Below are positions 25,191-36,480 of a stretch of DNA of 64,000 bases, piece by piece. Made by a program: the position numbers and the translations under genes. This DNA comes from Camelus dromedarius (taxonomy: Eukaryota). The notes beneath the pieces were generated by a model. It had not been told where the DNA came from, did no database searches, and saw only the letters and a list, made by a program, of their open reading frames with translations. Position 1 is the first letter of the stretch. Each line of letters begins with the position of its first letter. The stretch is taken from contig NC_087436.1 in NCBI RefSeq assembly GCF_036321535.1, positions 80,664,001-80,728,000 on the forward strand, written 5' to 3'.

Positions 25191-26989
25191 AGCCATTAAT
25201 TTTCCGATTTTCTCTCGATATGTTTTTCTCTTGAATTCTCAGCTGTTGTTATTGAACTAAAAAAAAACTTACCAATCATCTGGCTATACAGGAAAACATT
25301 AAATAAGTACTCTTTATTTTCTATACACATAGAGTCACTCTACATTTTCTGCACACAAGCTATGTGATATCACAATATTCTTGACCCATAAACTATTCCT
25401 GAAAAATTGCTGATACAAAGGCCAGTGAAAGAAGACATAAAACTAAGCTACTAATTAATTCAAGCTACTATTAGCTACTTCCACACACCCATGAATCACA
25501 AGTTCCCTGAAATGTGGATATTAATGGTATTCCTAGCTAATCAATCCTATAAAATTATGTTAGGGGAATAGAGAATAAATCTTAAGTAAACAAGTGAATA
25601 AATACATATGCACAGTTGGTGGTTTGATGTCTGATGTGTGTGGGAGGGAGGGATAGAGTGCATGTTACCTAGGGTCTTCCACTAATGGCACAGTTCTGAA
25701 GAAGCTTATTTGAAGCTATTAGCATGTTTTACGAGTTATTGATTTCTAAATGTCTTCTTCCCAATTGGGCAACAGAATCAGATCTTAGAGGACCATGCCA
25801 GCTAACCTTTTTTTTTATCAGGTAGGACGGATAATGGTTTAAGTGTAACCCAGCTCCCTGAATGTGAAATGAATAGAATGATTTCCCACAGAGTGGTATC
25901 CTAATTTGCATGTGAGTTACAGTAATAATTGCTGGGAGCAAGTTATTATAACTTAGAAATTTGGAGCCCCTAAGAAAATTTTGAGAAAGGGGAATCTGAC
26001 ACAAAATAAATAAGAATAACCATCATATAATCAATCAACAGCCATTTTACAATCAATCACTTCTTTTTAACAAACATGTATTGTGAAGGTATTATATATG
26101 ACACACTACTTAAAGTCATGGTGATACGCAGATGAAGGAGGGCTTCTGCTCTCAAGTTCCCACTTTAAACAGGCAGGAGAGAGAGAACATTAAATTAACA
26201 AATGTAACATAGAGTGCTAGGTTCACTTAGAATTATGTCCAGAGTGCCATTGCAGTGAGGATAAAGAACACCGGATTTAAGCCAGGAGAATCAGAGAAAA
26301 GCTTTCTAAAGATGATGATATTTTTGCTAAGTCAAGGAGGACCAACAGAAATTAGCTAGTTAGAGGAAGCAGAGTCTGGCTGCATTCCTATGAAACCTTT
26401 TGTTAAAAGTCACATAACTTCTTCAGTGAAAAAAGGTAAGATGCTAGGGAACTCCAAGATTCTAATAGTTTTTTTACCTCCTGCAGAAATTTCAATAATA
26501 AAAATATGTTTATTTTTATGAGGGTATTTTTATATTATAAACAACAACAAAAAAATTGAAATGGACACAATCAAAACTAAACCGTTTCTCATTTGCTCTT
26601 TGGTCCGTGTGGCCACAGTTCCTTCTGTCACTGAGACTTGACCTCATAACTGTGTTTGTTGCATTTATCACAGTTGCCAAAGGTAAAGAAAAGAGCCCAA
26701 GAACAGACGTCCACGGAAGGATGTTGGCAGAGCATCTGGCCGTGCACTCAAAGCAGTCATATGTTTCCATGCTTTGCCTGCATGAGTTTCTCCCTGCTCT
26801 ACTAGTTAGCTATTAATTCCCAACAGAGATTGACTTATAATCGATAGTAGTTTACACAGAACAGAGTAGTTTTCATAATTAGTTGATTGCATTATATCTA
26901 ATTCCTATTATAAAAGCTTGTTCTCTTGGAGATATGACTGCAGTTTGGAGCATAAAATGTATCTGGGGGTAGTTACTTTCAACAGTGAG

Positions 26990-27300
26990 GCTGGACAAGT
27001 AGCTAGATCCTGGAGGCCTTTGTGCACCATGCTAAAGAATTTGGATTTTATTCTGAAAGCAATAGAGGTGACTGATTAATGAATTTCAAGGAGGGTTGAG
27101 AGAGAACATAAGATTTGAATTTAGAAAAAGCCCCCTGGCAGCAGTGTGAAATATAGACTGCTGTTGGGGGTTGGAGAGAGAGACCATTAGGAGGCTATTA
27201 GGATAATGAGGACCTAAAGTAAAGCGGTAGGAAAGCAAAGCAAAGGAGGGACTAATTCAGAGAACACTGAATGATTTTACTTAATGACAAACTAGATGTA
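26990..27300 (-). mobile_element. L2 fragment
   Basis: AGATCCTGGAGGCCTTTGTGCACCATGCTAAAGAATTTGGATTTTATTCTGAAAGCAAT...GGAGGCTATT. Confidence 0.65.
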
Positions 27301-27779
27301 TGTGTGAGGGCAGGCAGTGTCTGCCATGACATCATTTTCTATTCTAACTTTCTCAAAATTCTCTTTGGTGAGATAATGAAGTTAGTCAGGGAGGAGAGAA
27401 GGGAGAACAGGCACAGCTTGGTGTGGTAGCTGGCAAAACCATTAGGTCCTCCCGTAAGGGTCAAGATGATCACATATACTTAAAACAAAATTGCCCCTTC
27501 CCCAACGGAGGTTAAGAGAGAAATGGTGCATTAGAGTATCATCATTTTACTTCTAGTCTTCTACGCTCATTGTCAGGAGGGCCTCAAAATCCATCTTTCC
27601 CTCCTCACCGATACTCATAACCTATCAGCGTCTGCATCATGTCTACTGGGAATATTCTATGATTGCCTTCAAGCCTATTTATGTCAGCCACCAGAGGAAT
27701 CCCCAGACATCCAGGTCACCTCTCCTGTCCCACACGCTAATCCCCATTGAGTTCCATATTCTGTTCTCTTTCCTTACCC

Positions 27780-28920
27780 TTCTGCAACTCTTACAATTCT
27801 TCCATGGTGCCCTCTGGAGTTCCAGTCCCATTAGAATGAAAATCTTCTGTATCCTCAACCTATTCTCTGAATAGTCCTTTCATCTTCTTGCTGTAAAAGA
27901 AACTTGGCTCTCTCCCAAAGTGCCTGCTTCCTTGACAGCTGTCTCCAGTGATGGCTGTTTGTCTTCTAAAGCTCTCCCACCACTGGGCCTGAGTGTGGAG
28001 GTCTCCTCCTCGTTACTGCTGCTTCCATAACATTCTCCCTTCTCCCTCCCTACAACCTTTGACACTGAATCTCATGCAATCAGATTTTAGCCTTCATTAC
28101 CCCTTATCGTTGCCACCATGTACTGATTCTCCAGGCTTTTCCTCTTATCTTCTACAGTTTCATTCATGACTCATTTTTGCTGTCTCTAATACGTACAATT
28201 CTTGCTAATTTTAATATGTATGGAAGGAATCTTTCCAACACCCTGACCTGTTAGTTCCTTGGATTCTCTTTCAGGCTTGGTCACTAAGTTTGTCTCCAGC
28301 GTAGAGCAGCCCCTCACTCTCATGGTTATATCCTAGACCTTATGGTTACCAATAAATGCAAACCCTCCATAACCTCTTATACCCAGCTCTCTAAACAACA
28401 CTTTCCTCAGCTCATATTCAGCCATCCTTTGACCTCTGTGGGGACCTACAGTTCACTGATCTGAAGGGTTCCTCTCCTTGTGACATCTTCATTATCCTTC
28501 TCACCCAGATTCATCCATGGGCAATCATAATAATCTTCCTCACATTTATTCTTGACTCCCTTGTCCATCTCTCCCTTTATTGTACTGCTTCTGTGAAACT
28601 GGAGTTACGTAAAATTCTTCCTTCTCTGGACATACAACCATGCAATGGAGTATTACTGGAGAAAAACTGGCAACTCTAATGACTAGTCTCACTTTAAATT
28701 CAATATACAAACCTTATTGCTACCAGGGAATTGTACTGGCCCATTCAGTCTTCCATTTTCTTAGACAACTACTTCACATTTTTTCCGTCTACTCTTATAA
28801 CTATCACCCCTTTTCTCCTGTTAGCAGTCTCAAATTTGTCACCATGAAAACTGAAGTAACAAAACAGGAACTTCCATGGAATATTCACCACCATATCTAC
28901 CAGTATCTAAACCTTCATAT
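27780..28920 (+). mobile_element. L2 ORF2 (endonuclease region) fossil
   Basis: C/T-rich sequence ATCCTCAACCTATTCTCTGAA...CTTCTTGCTGTAAAAGAAACTTGGCTCTC (LLA.TETWL-like)...CATGGTTATATCCTAGACCTT (GHTLDL-like). Confidence 0.7.
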
Positions 28921-28924
28921 TCTG

Positions 28925-29027
28925 CCTTTCCTCACTCCCTTACTCCCTCCTTCCTTCCTCCCCTCCTTCCTTCTTTCCTGCCTGCCTGCCCTCCTGCATT
29001 CCTCTCTCCCTCCTCTCCTTCCTCTTT
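28925..29027. repeat. Polypyrimidine (CCTT/CCT/CCTG) low-complexity tract
   Basis: CCTTTCCTCACTCCCTTACTCCCTCCTTCCTTCCTCCCCTCCTTCCTTCTTTCCTGCCTGCCTGCC... Confidence 0.85.
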
Positions 29028-29500
29028 TATTCAACACATATTTATTGAATGCCTACTTAGGGCCATGCACTGTTCCTTATGCTGAAGATACATACAGTGA
29101 TGAACAATAGAGAGCAAGTCTCTGCCCTCATGGAATTTTCAAATTAATAAGTTTATAACAAATAAACTGATGAATAATAATATAATACCAAGAGGTGTTA
29201 GTTCTATGGAGCTAAATCAGGGTAAGTTAAAGGCAGAGACTCAAGGCGCTATTAATGATAGGGTGGCTAAGGAAGGTCTCCATGATAAGGTGAGATTTGT
29301 GTAGACCTGAATAAAGGTGGAGAATGAGCCATGTGACTCTCAGGAAGAGCATCTCAGTTAAGGTCAGAGCAAGTGCAAAGGCCCTGAGGCGTGAGTTGCA
29401 TGGGGTATATGAGGAGCACTGCTGCTGACAGGGTGGTTGGAGCAGAGAGAAGGCGATGGAAGTATATTTGGAGAGGTAGACACTGGCCAAATCACATAAA
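29028..29500 (-). mobile_element. L2 3' end, left half of the L2 split by the ERV
   Basis: TTCAACACATATTTATTGAATGCCTAC...GCAAGTGCAAAGGCCCTGAGG...GGCCAAATCAC. Confidence 0.8.
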
Positions 29501-29527
29501 ATTTTAAATCACATAAATCACTTTATA

Positions 29528-32206
29528 TTATCTACTGTCCTGAGTCAGTCCCCAGCAAGAGTCCTTCTGCCAGGTGTCATTTGAGCCCCATAGAACTAAT
29601 ACAGCTCTTCCCACCTGTTCCCAGTCCCAGACCTCAGCTCCAGGGAGGTCGACCTGTTCTGTCTGGGAAGGTTTCTTCTTAGCTATTAACATTATCATCT
29701 TGTGCCCTTTGTCTAAGGGGACACCAGTCTCCAGTTTGTCTCCCATTTGGTGGACAGTGGCCCCCAGTTTATGTAAGAAGTCTTCCTAGCAGGGGCCTGT
29801 TCTCAGGCCTTCCTTCATACCTCCATAATTTCACAACTGTTGTGACTGAGTTTGCCTGATCTGGTGTTCAGAACCGAGTAAGCGGCACTAGTGTCAACTA
29901 AGAACTCGGCAGGCTTTCCCCTTCTGTCCAATGCCAGCTGGGGCTCCTCAGGGGTCAGTTTGAGTGCCACCTAGGGAGCCCCCTGGCCCTGTCATTCTTC
30001 ATCTATTTGGAATATCTGCCTTCGAAGTTAGGGATCTGCCATTTCCACCCCCCTTCCAGGGTGGTGAGGACGTTCTCTCTTCCAGTGTCCCTCTTGTTTA
30101 CATACGGTGCACTGATTGGGTCCTAGATTTCTTGGCTTGCTATCCCTTGGTGGGGTCTGAGGTCACTCACCAGAGTCGAGAGTCTCCGTGGGTGGTTGGT
30201 CCAGATTCCATGCTGACTGGTTGACACTGAACAACAGCCAGTGGGTGGGTTTGCCTCCAGGCCTTTATCCTCTGACTTCCTCTTCTAAGTCTCGGTTACT
30301 AAACACCTGGTAGGCTACCTTGACCAGGCCAGAGGGGTATCTGGTTCTACTTCCAGTTTCTGGAATTAAGTTTATGCCTAATGTCAGAGGCACTCTGGGA
30401 AATGAAATATGACCTCAGATAGCATTCCTGTCCAGTCACAGTATCTGTGGTGGTATAGATTTGGAGGTATTCCCTTAGGTCCTCTCGGAATGCCAAAGGG
30501 TTTTCTGTTGGCTTCTGATTGATTTCCTTTATTGTATTTCAGTTGACAGGTTTCTTTCATGCTGTCTGGATTCTCCTTAGGATCATATTTTTCTAATGAG
30601 TCAGCCTCCATTTTCACCCCCTTCTCCATTGTCTAGGAGGTCCCAGTTGGGTTCCTTATCTGGGACCACTTGATTCCCTGGCCTGAAAATAGCATGACCC
30701 GCATTGTTTCTGCTTTGTCTGCTTCCTCTCTGGCTTTTGAAAAGACTGTGGCCTTTTCTTCCCCCATTAGGAGCACATTGAGCAGGCTCTGCATGTCAGC
30801 CCAGTTTGGGTCATGGGTCACTCAGGAATTCCCATGGATCTTCCCTCAACACCTTATTATGACTTTTTTCCAACTACTGAAGGGGCAGTTGGAGTGATGT
30901 GTTGGCACACAAATGCCACAAGATTTGACTGAAAATAAGATTTCTAGTTTGGGAAATTTTGAACCAGCACCAAACTGTTAATGGTTTCCTCAAGAGACCC
31001 AAATTGACAGGGGCTTTGATGCAGTTGGAGGCCCCCCCTTGGATTTACAATGGTCTGTGCTTGAATCAGTTCCTCCTTAGTCAGAATGTCCCATGGAAGT
31101 TTAGCCGGGACCCTCTCCAGGCCAGAGCAGCTTAGCTGTGTTTGCTCCTGACGAACGTGGTCCGTTAGGGAGTGCTAGAGCTCTCTGGGGCGGGGGTCTT
31201 CTCTTTCCTCCTTTTGGCCAAAAAGGAGGAGTTTTGGACTTCCCGCCAGGTGACAGCTAAGAGCACGGGGAGTTCCCATGGGTACTCAACATATGGTTGG
31301 ACAGCTGGTGTTCTGTGCTGATGGCGGGAGAAGAACTTGAGCGGAAACTCAGTTGATAAAGAGTCACCCAAAGGTCCCCTCACGAGCTGAGTGGGGAGGA
31401 CTGTGGTTTGGGCTGTGGGTGTTTCAGTTCTTGCCAGCAGCTCACAGAGCTTCCTAATAATGAGGTTCCTGGTGTTGTGAGTGGCTCACAAGGCTGCCCT
31501 GCCCACTTTAGAGAAACTAGAGCTGACCTGAAGAGGTAAAATCACCCTTTCATACTGGGGCATCCCTGGTGCCTTTCCTGAACTCATATCAAGCATCCTT
31601 ATTCCATTCTGTCAGGCGGTCCTCATTACCAGGGTCTCGTCCTGGTCTCTCCTCTTGGCTCACAGGGCTGGCCACTTCCCTTTACCAAACTGGAAGTGAC
31701 TATGGAGAAGGCTGCTGTTGATCCCTGGAGGTTGGCGAGGACGGCAAAAAGCCCTAGTGCAGCCATTACTGCCTTGTACAGGGGTCAAGAGGGCAGCACT
31801 ACTGGTGAGACAGTGAGTCCCCACCGAACACAGGTCCCCACCATCCCTGGGCACCCGGTACCACAGGAAAGCCAGCCAGGAGCAGGGGGCAGACACCTGT
31901 GACTTTCAGTCTCTGATGCCTCAGTGTGATTCCCTCAATGGGGCATGGTCCAGGTTACTCTGGGGGCTACCTTGTGTGTGCACCACACCCCGGTATCAAG
32001 CTGCTGGGCAGAGTTGCTCTGAATTCAGTTGAAAGCTCTCACCGTTCTACCCTGCCAGAGTGAACTCAGAGATCAGAGTCAGTCATCCTCACGTGAACCT
32101 CCCAGAGCCTTCACCATCCTCCTGCTGGAGCTGGGGCGAGCCTGCAGCCTCGTGGATGTGTGCAGTTGAAAAGGCCACTGTCTGTCACACCAGAGTCAAG
32201 AACATT
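29528..32206 (-). pseudogene. Decayed class I (gamma-like) ERV internal region: leader, gag, pro and start of pol; 3' half missing
   Basis: Capsid THDPNWADMQSLLNVLLMGEEK (30821 downward); Zn knuckle CTVCKQEGHWKRER (~30070-30112); gag stop TGA at 29994-29992 in frame with protease TPEEPQLALDRRGKPAEFLVDTSAAYSVLN; multiple stops and frameshifts. Confidence 0.85.
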
Positions 32207-32678
32207 TGTTATCAACCCTCCTAGTCAGTCCGCAACACGGTCTTCCTGCCCAGTGTCCTTCGAGCCAATAGAACGAGGTCAAGTTTCGATTCAGAAGCAA
32301 AGGGAAGCTTTACTCTTTGATCAGAGAACAGAGAGGTGCGAGCTCCCGCTCTGGAGTACACACTCTCCCGGGCAGGCTGTGGGCGGGGCCGCGCTTAGGG
32401 ATCCCCTCGCTGGGAGGCGGCAGGCTTCTCGCGATGAGGGCACAGCTGTGCTGCTTGGGGCTCCAGGTTGCAGTGCCGGGTGCAGTGTCTCTGCACACGG
32501 CCCACCGCTGCCGTCGCCCCTGCTGCCGCCGCGGCCGCCTCCGCTGCCGTCGCCATCTTAAATTGAGGTGTTGGCCCCGCACTTGTACACAAGGCGGCGG
32601 CGAAGTGCCGCGGTGGTTCTGCGTTGGGAACTGCAATCCATTGTTTAGGTGTAAGGCCTCTGCACGTGGCTCCCTACA
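32207..32678 (-). mobile_element. Putative 5' LTR of the ERV
   Basis: On minus it begins TGTAGGGA and ends GTTGATAACA directly upstream of the leader; AGTAAA polyA-like signal at ~32309-32314; PBS not clearly identifiable, so boundaries are inferred. Confidence 0.55.
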
Positions 32679-32740
32679 GGCAAGTGAAACCAGACTCAAC
32701 ACCGAAGAAGCGGTTAGAGCCTATCGCCTGGATTCCACGT
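32330..32740. promoter_or_regulatory. CpG island / candidate promoter
   Basis: About 29 CpGs by hand count in 32330-32630, the only such cluster in the window; GC box GGGCGGGG 32381-32388; YY1 motif CGCCATCTT 32551-32559; E-box CACGTG 32663-32668. Confidence 0.7.
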
Positions 32741-32759
32741 TAGTTTTCCTGGGGACCCT

Positions 32760-32955
32760 GGTGGGCTTTGCTGGTGACATTTATTGGTCATAGAATGGGC
32801 TTTACATTTCATTCTCAGTGTTAAGGGGAGAGGCTGCAGGATTTTAAGGTAAGGAGTGAGATGATCTGAGTCACATTTTCAAAAGGTACCCCTGGTGGCT
32901 TCGTGGAGAAAAGCCTGAAAGGGGGAGGAGGGGCAGGCATGGAAGCAAGGACCCA
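32760..32955 (-). mobile_element. L2 continuation, right half of the L2 split by the ERV
   Basis: GGTCATAGAATGGGCTTTACATTTCATTCTCAGTG...GGAGTGAGATGATCTGAGTCACATTTTCAAAAGG...GGAAGCAAGGACC resumes about where the L2 ending at ~29500 stops. Confidence 0.6.
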
Positions 32956-34257
32956 TGCACTTGGCAACCGTCCGCCCTGCTCCTAATGTTTTCATCTTAC
33001 CCAAAGCTCTCACTTGAGAATCTGAAGGGATTAGGGATAATGGAGAAGGAAGTAGAACTAACAGAAGTGGTGAGGGCCAGGAGAGGCAGTGGGCGTTGAG
33101 GCAGAAACCACAGAAAAGTTCAGGGAGGATTCCAGCAGGGTTAAGTTTAATAGCTGTTACCATCTTTCATCTCTAATACATGTAAACGTTAGCCACAAGG
33201 AAAGCTTTTATAAGTGGAAATTTCTCCTGAAATTCTGGGAGTAGAGAGGAGGTCCAGAACCCTGGAGCTGAGCAACAGCTAGAGTGCACAAAAATCTAGT
33301 CTGAGACGCCCGAGGGAGCACAGAATGCTGGAAGGAGGGTGAAAAGGGTTAGCAAACCAGGGTCTTGAGCACAGTTTTGCCACCTGAATCTGCATTTTCT
33401 GCCCAACCTGCTAAACCTTGCTACTGCCAGCCGCTGAGCACAGGGGAGTATCCTGGGAGCTAGCAGCTCCGATTTCATGCTGATTACTGACTCTCCTCCA
33501 ACATGGCAAGGATAAACGATGAAAATCAATGTTCTCATCCTTGCCTCCTGTCAAGCTCCCTCATGTTCAGTCTTCTATGAAGATGCAAAGAGCTCAGGTG
33601 CTTTTGATGACAATGAAATGATCTGATGGCATCATTTGATATCTAAAGTTGTGAGAACAATGTTTTAATGCATATTCATCTCCATAGTCTTCTGCCCATG
33701 GCTGCTCTTCTTGGGAAGGGACTGCTGCTCCAGTAATGATTGATCAGTAACTGACTGACTCTGTAACTGGAAATGCAGCACAAGCCTGAGAATGATAATG
33801 CAGCTTCAAAGCCCTTTGTTTATGGAGCATTTTATCATAATTTAAAAAATCTACTTGTTTTCACACAAACCTTTGGGGTAGGTTATTGTCACTGCCATTC
33901 TAAAACTGAGAATGTGGAGCTCGGATAACTCCTACAAGGTCACAAGAGGAGTTATTGGCTTAGCCAGGATGGGAACTCACAGTCCTTGTTTCACTAGATT
34001 ATTGCCCTTCGAGTCACATAATTATAGTGACAAATGGAATGACCAGAGGTAAAGTGTTAAGAAATGAGACAAGCGAAGAAGTCCATTGATGCAAAAAGCT
34101 GGAAGGCAAAAGGGGCCATCATTCATGCGACAAACATTGTCTGTGCCAAGTCTTTTAAGCCACTAAGGACAAGTAAAATGAAATTGTGTATTTGCTTTTC
34201 TCGTTGTTGTTGTTATTCGTGCTGTCTCTATTACCTGAATACTGTCCTTGCTTTTAG

Positions 34258-34370
34258 GTTTGTCAAGTAATTCCGCTGTGGCTCTTATCACTGGTAGAAA
34301 CCATCTACCAGTGGGCTTGATGTTTCCACGATGTTCCATGTTTCCACGTCTCCTATTCAGAGGGCAAATG
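34258..34370 (+). other. Candidate internal exon (113 nt), probably non-coding
   Basis: Pyrimidine-rich acceptor CTGTCCTTGCTTTTAG| and consensus donor ATG|GTGAGT in apparently non-repeat DNA 1.5 kb from the CpG island. Confidence 0.4.
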
Positions 34371-35169
34371 GTGAGTGCAGAATTAACAAGATAAAATAAG
34401 ATCAAAGTGCAGTGGAAGTTTTGACAATCACATTCCGCCTTTCCTTTTTAGAATCTGATGAGAGATATTACTCTACTGAGAGAAGGACATTGAGGGTGAG
34501 AACAAAATAGAATAGTCTGTTGTCTTCCTCAGTTCCTTGATGTGGTGATTCACGTAAGGAAGACTTTACATGTTAGGGATGTGAATCATAGACAAAGCCT
34601 GAGGTGGGGTCAGAAGAAAGGGTCTGGCTTGATGATCCAGAGAAGGGGATTATTTAAGTCAGATCTGATGCTGAAAATGTAAAAGGAATGTCCTTATTGT
34701 TCCCTTTCAATTGCCATCCTGTCCAGGAGTGATGGGCGTGAGCGAGGGCGAGCTGAGTGGTGACAGCTCTAAACAAAATGGACTGAAGCATGGCCCCTGG
34801 GCACTGACAGTACCACAGCCTGTGGGCAGGTATGGGGACTGATCTGTAACAGAGTAACAGAATAGGGAACCATTTCTCACCTCTGCACGTCAGAAGGAAG
34901 AACACTTGCCGGTAGGAGAAAGAGTGAATGCACAGTAAATGTGGAAAAAGCCTTGGGCATCCCATGTCAAGCCAAGAAGTGTAAGGGAAAATTGTCCAGC
35001 CTGCCTTCCTCCCCTTGGGGAGGAACTCATCTATGAGCTACTCAAGTAGAGCAGTTCACTATTGTGGAATTGTTTCCTGCACTTCAAGACAGTTAGTAAC
35101 TGAATATTTTGGGAGAGGGAGAGAAATCTGTGAGGTTAGGTCCCTTCCTTTGTTTTCCCAAGGTTCCTT

Positions 35170-35365
35170 GTATCATCCACGTAACTGCACTTAGAATATT
35201 GCAGCTGTTTATGTTCTTATCTATATCCCCGAACGGATGTCGGCTCTCTGAGGGCAGGGGTCTTGTCTGGCTTGCTCAGTGTGGTATCTGCAGTGCCTAG
35301 CACACTGTGCTTGGCATTTCATGCATTCAGTGGTTGGTGGTTGTCCAAAAGAGTGAATGATGGAT
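35170..35365 (+). mobile_element. L2 3' end
   Basis: CTCTGAGGGCAGGGGTCTTGTCTGGCTTGCTCAGTGTGGTATCTGCAGTGCCTAGCACACTGTGCTTGGCA...GAGTGAATGA. Confidence 0.75.
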
Positions 35366-35584
35366 AAAGAAAAGGGAGTGTACAGATGGGAGAAAAAGTA
35401 AACTTTTCCTTCCTAAATTTAATCATATTGGTACTGTTTTAAGAGACATATAGTATATAATTAAGAGCTAGGTTGCCTAGGTTCCAAATCCAAGTTTTGT
35501 CGTCTCCAAGTTGCATCATCACAGGATGTTTCTTTACTTTGCCTGTGAATGGAGACAGTGATACCCACTTATGTCAGTTGACAT

Positions 35585-36085
35585 GTCAGAAATGTAAGTT
35601 TGGCTTCATGTATAGAAAACCCAAATAAGAGCAGTTCAAACAGGAAAAAGGTTTATCATTTATTAACTAATAAGTCAGTTGGAAGAAAGGTAGTCCAGGG
35701 CTGCATGTTTGGTCTGCTATGATATCGGGACCCAGGTTCTTTTCAGCCTTTCAACCATCCTTGGAGTGCGACTTTTAAAATGGTTGTGTGGTGGCTGCTG
35801 GAGCTCCAGCTACTGCATCTGCTCTCAAGGTAAGTTAAAAGATATGAACAAAAGCAAACCTCACATGACAGTAAGTTGACTCCCTTTAGAGAGGTTTCTC
35901 AGAAGTCTCAACCAAGAACTTTCATTTTATATCTCATTGTTTAGAACTGTGTCACACGAATGCCCCATCTGGGAAGGAGTCTAGGATATGTTTTTTCTGT
36001 CTTTTAGCTGGGCATATTACTGTTCTTAAAATAAAAAGGATCATGTTGGTAAGGAAAATGTGGGGATAGGCAACTAACAGTGTTG
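35585..36085 (-). mobile_element. MLT1K/L-type MaLR LTR
   Basis: AGAAAACCCAAATAAGAGCAGTTCAAACAGG...GGGACCCAGGTTCTTTTCAG...GGCTGCTGGAGCTCCAGC...GGATAGGCAACTAACAGTGT. Confidence 0.7.
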
Positions 36086-36259
36086 GAAGAAGTAAAGACA
36101 CACAGTGAACACTCAGGAAATGTGTTGTACTCACGTTTAATTTAGGCTTATGATTGTAATGGAAAATGTATCAAATATATAGAAATGGTGGATATGTAGA
36201 CTTGAATATTGGATTTACAGGATATACCTTTTGGGTAGCTTCCCAGCTCAAGGGTAATT

Positions 36260-36480
36260 ATTAATGCTGACACAGTATTTACTGTGAACCTGGATCTCTA
36301 TACATAATCCCTCATTTAATCCTTAAGGACAACTTTGAGAAGTAGTTATGGTTGTTGTTTTCACTTCGAGGATGAGAAGACCAAGGGTTAAGTAGGATGC
36401 TACCACACCAACAAATGGTAGAGCTAGGTAAGATTTAAACTCAGTCTGCTTTCAGAGTCTATGTGCTTAATCACCAGTGT
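36260..36480 (-). mobile_element. MIR SINE
   Basis: CTCATTTAATCCTTAAGGACAACTTTGAGAAGTAG...GATGAGAAGACCAAGGGTTAAG...GATTTAAACTCAGTCTGCTTTCAGAGTC. Confidence 0.65.

Noticed and set aside
26516..26816. Overlapping 84- and 86-aa ORFs with a possible AAG|GTAAAG donor
   Set aside because: No recognisable homology and no frame-compatible partner exon found
28640..29110. 156-aa Leu/Pro/Ser-rich ORF
   Set aside because: Runs through L2 and a CCT/CCTT low-complexity tract that lacks stops by composition
32160..32793. 130-158-aa ORFs on both strands over the CpG island
   Set aside because: Expected in GC-rich DNA; non-ATG starts and no domain similarity
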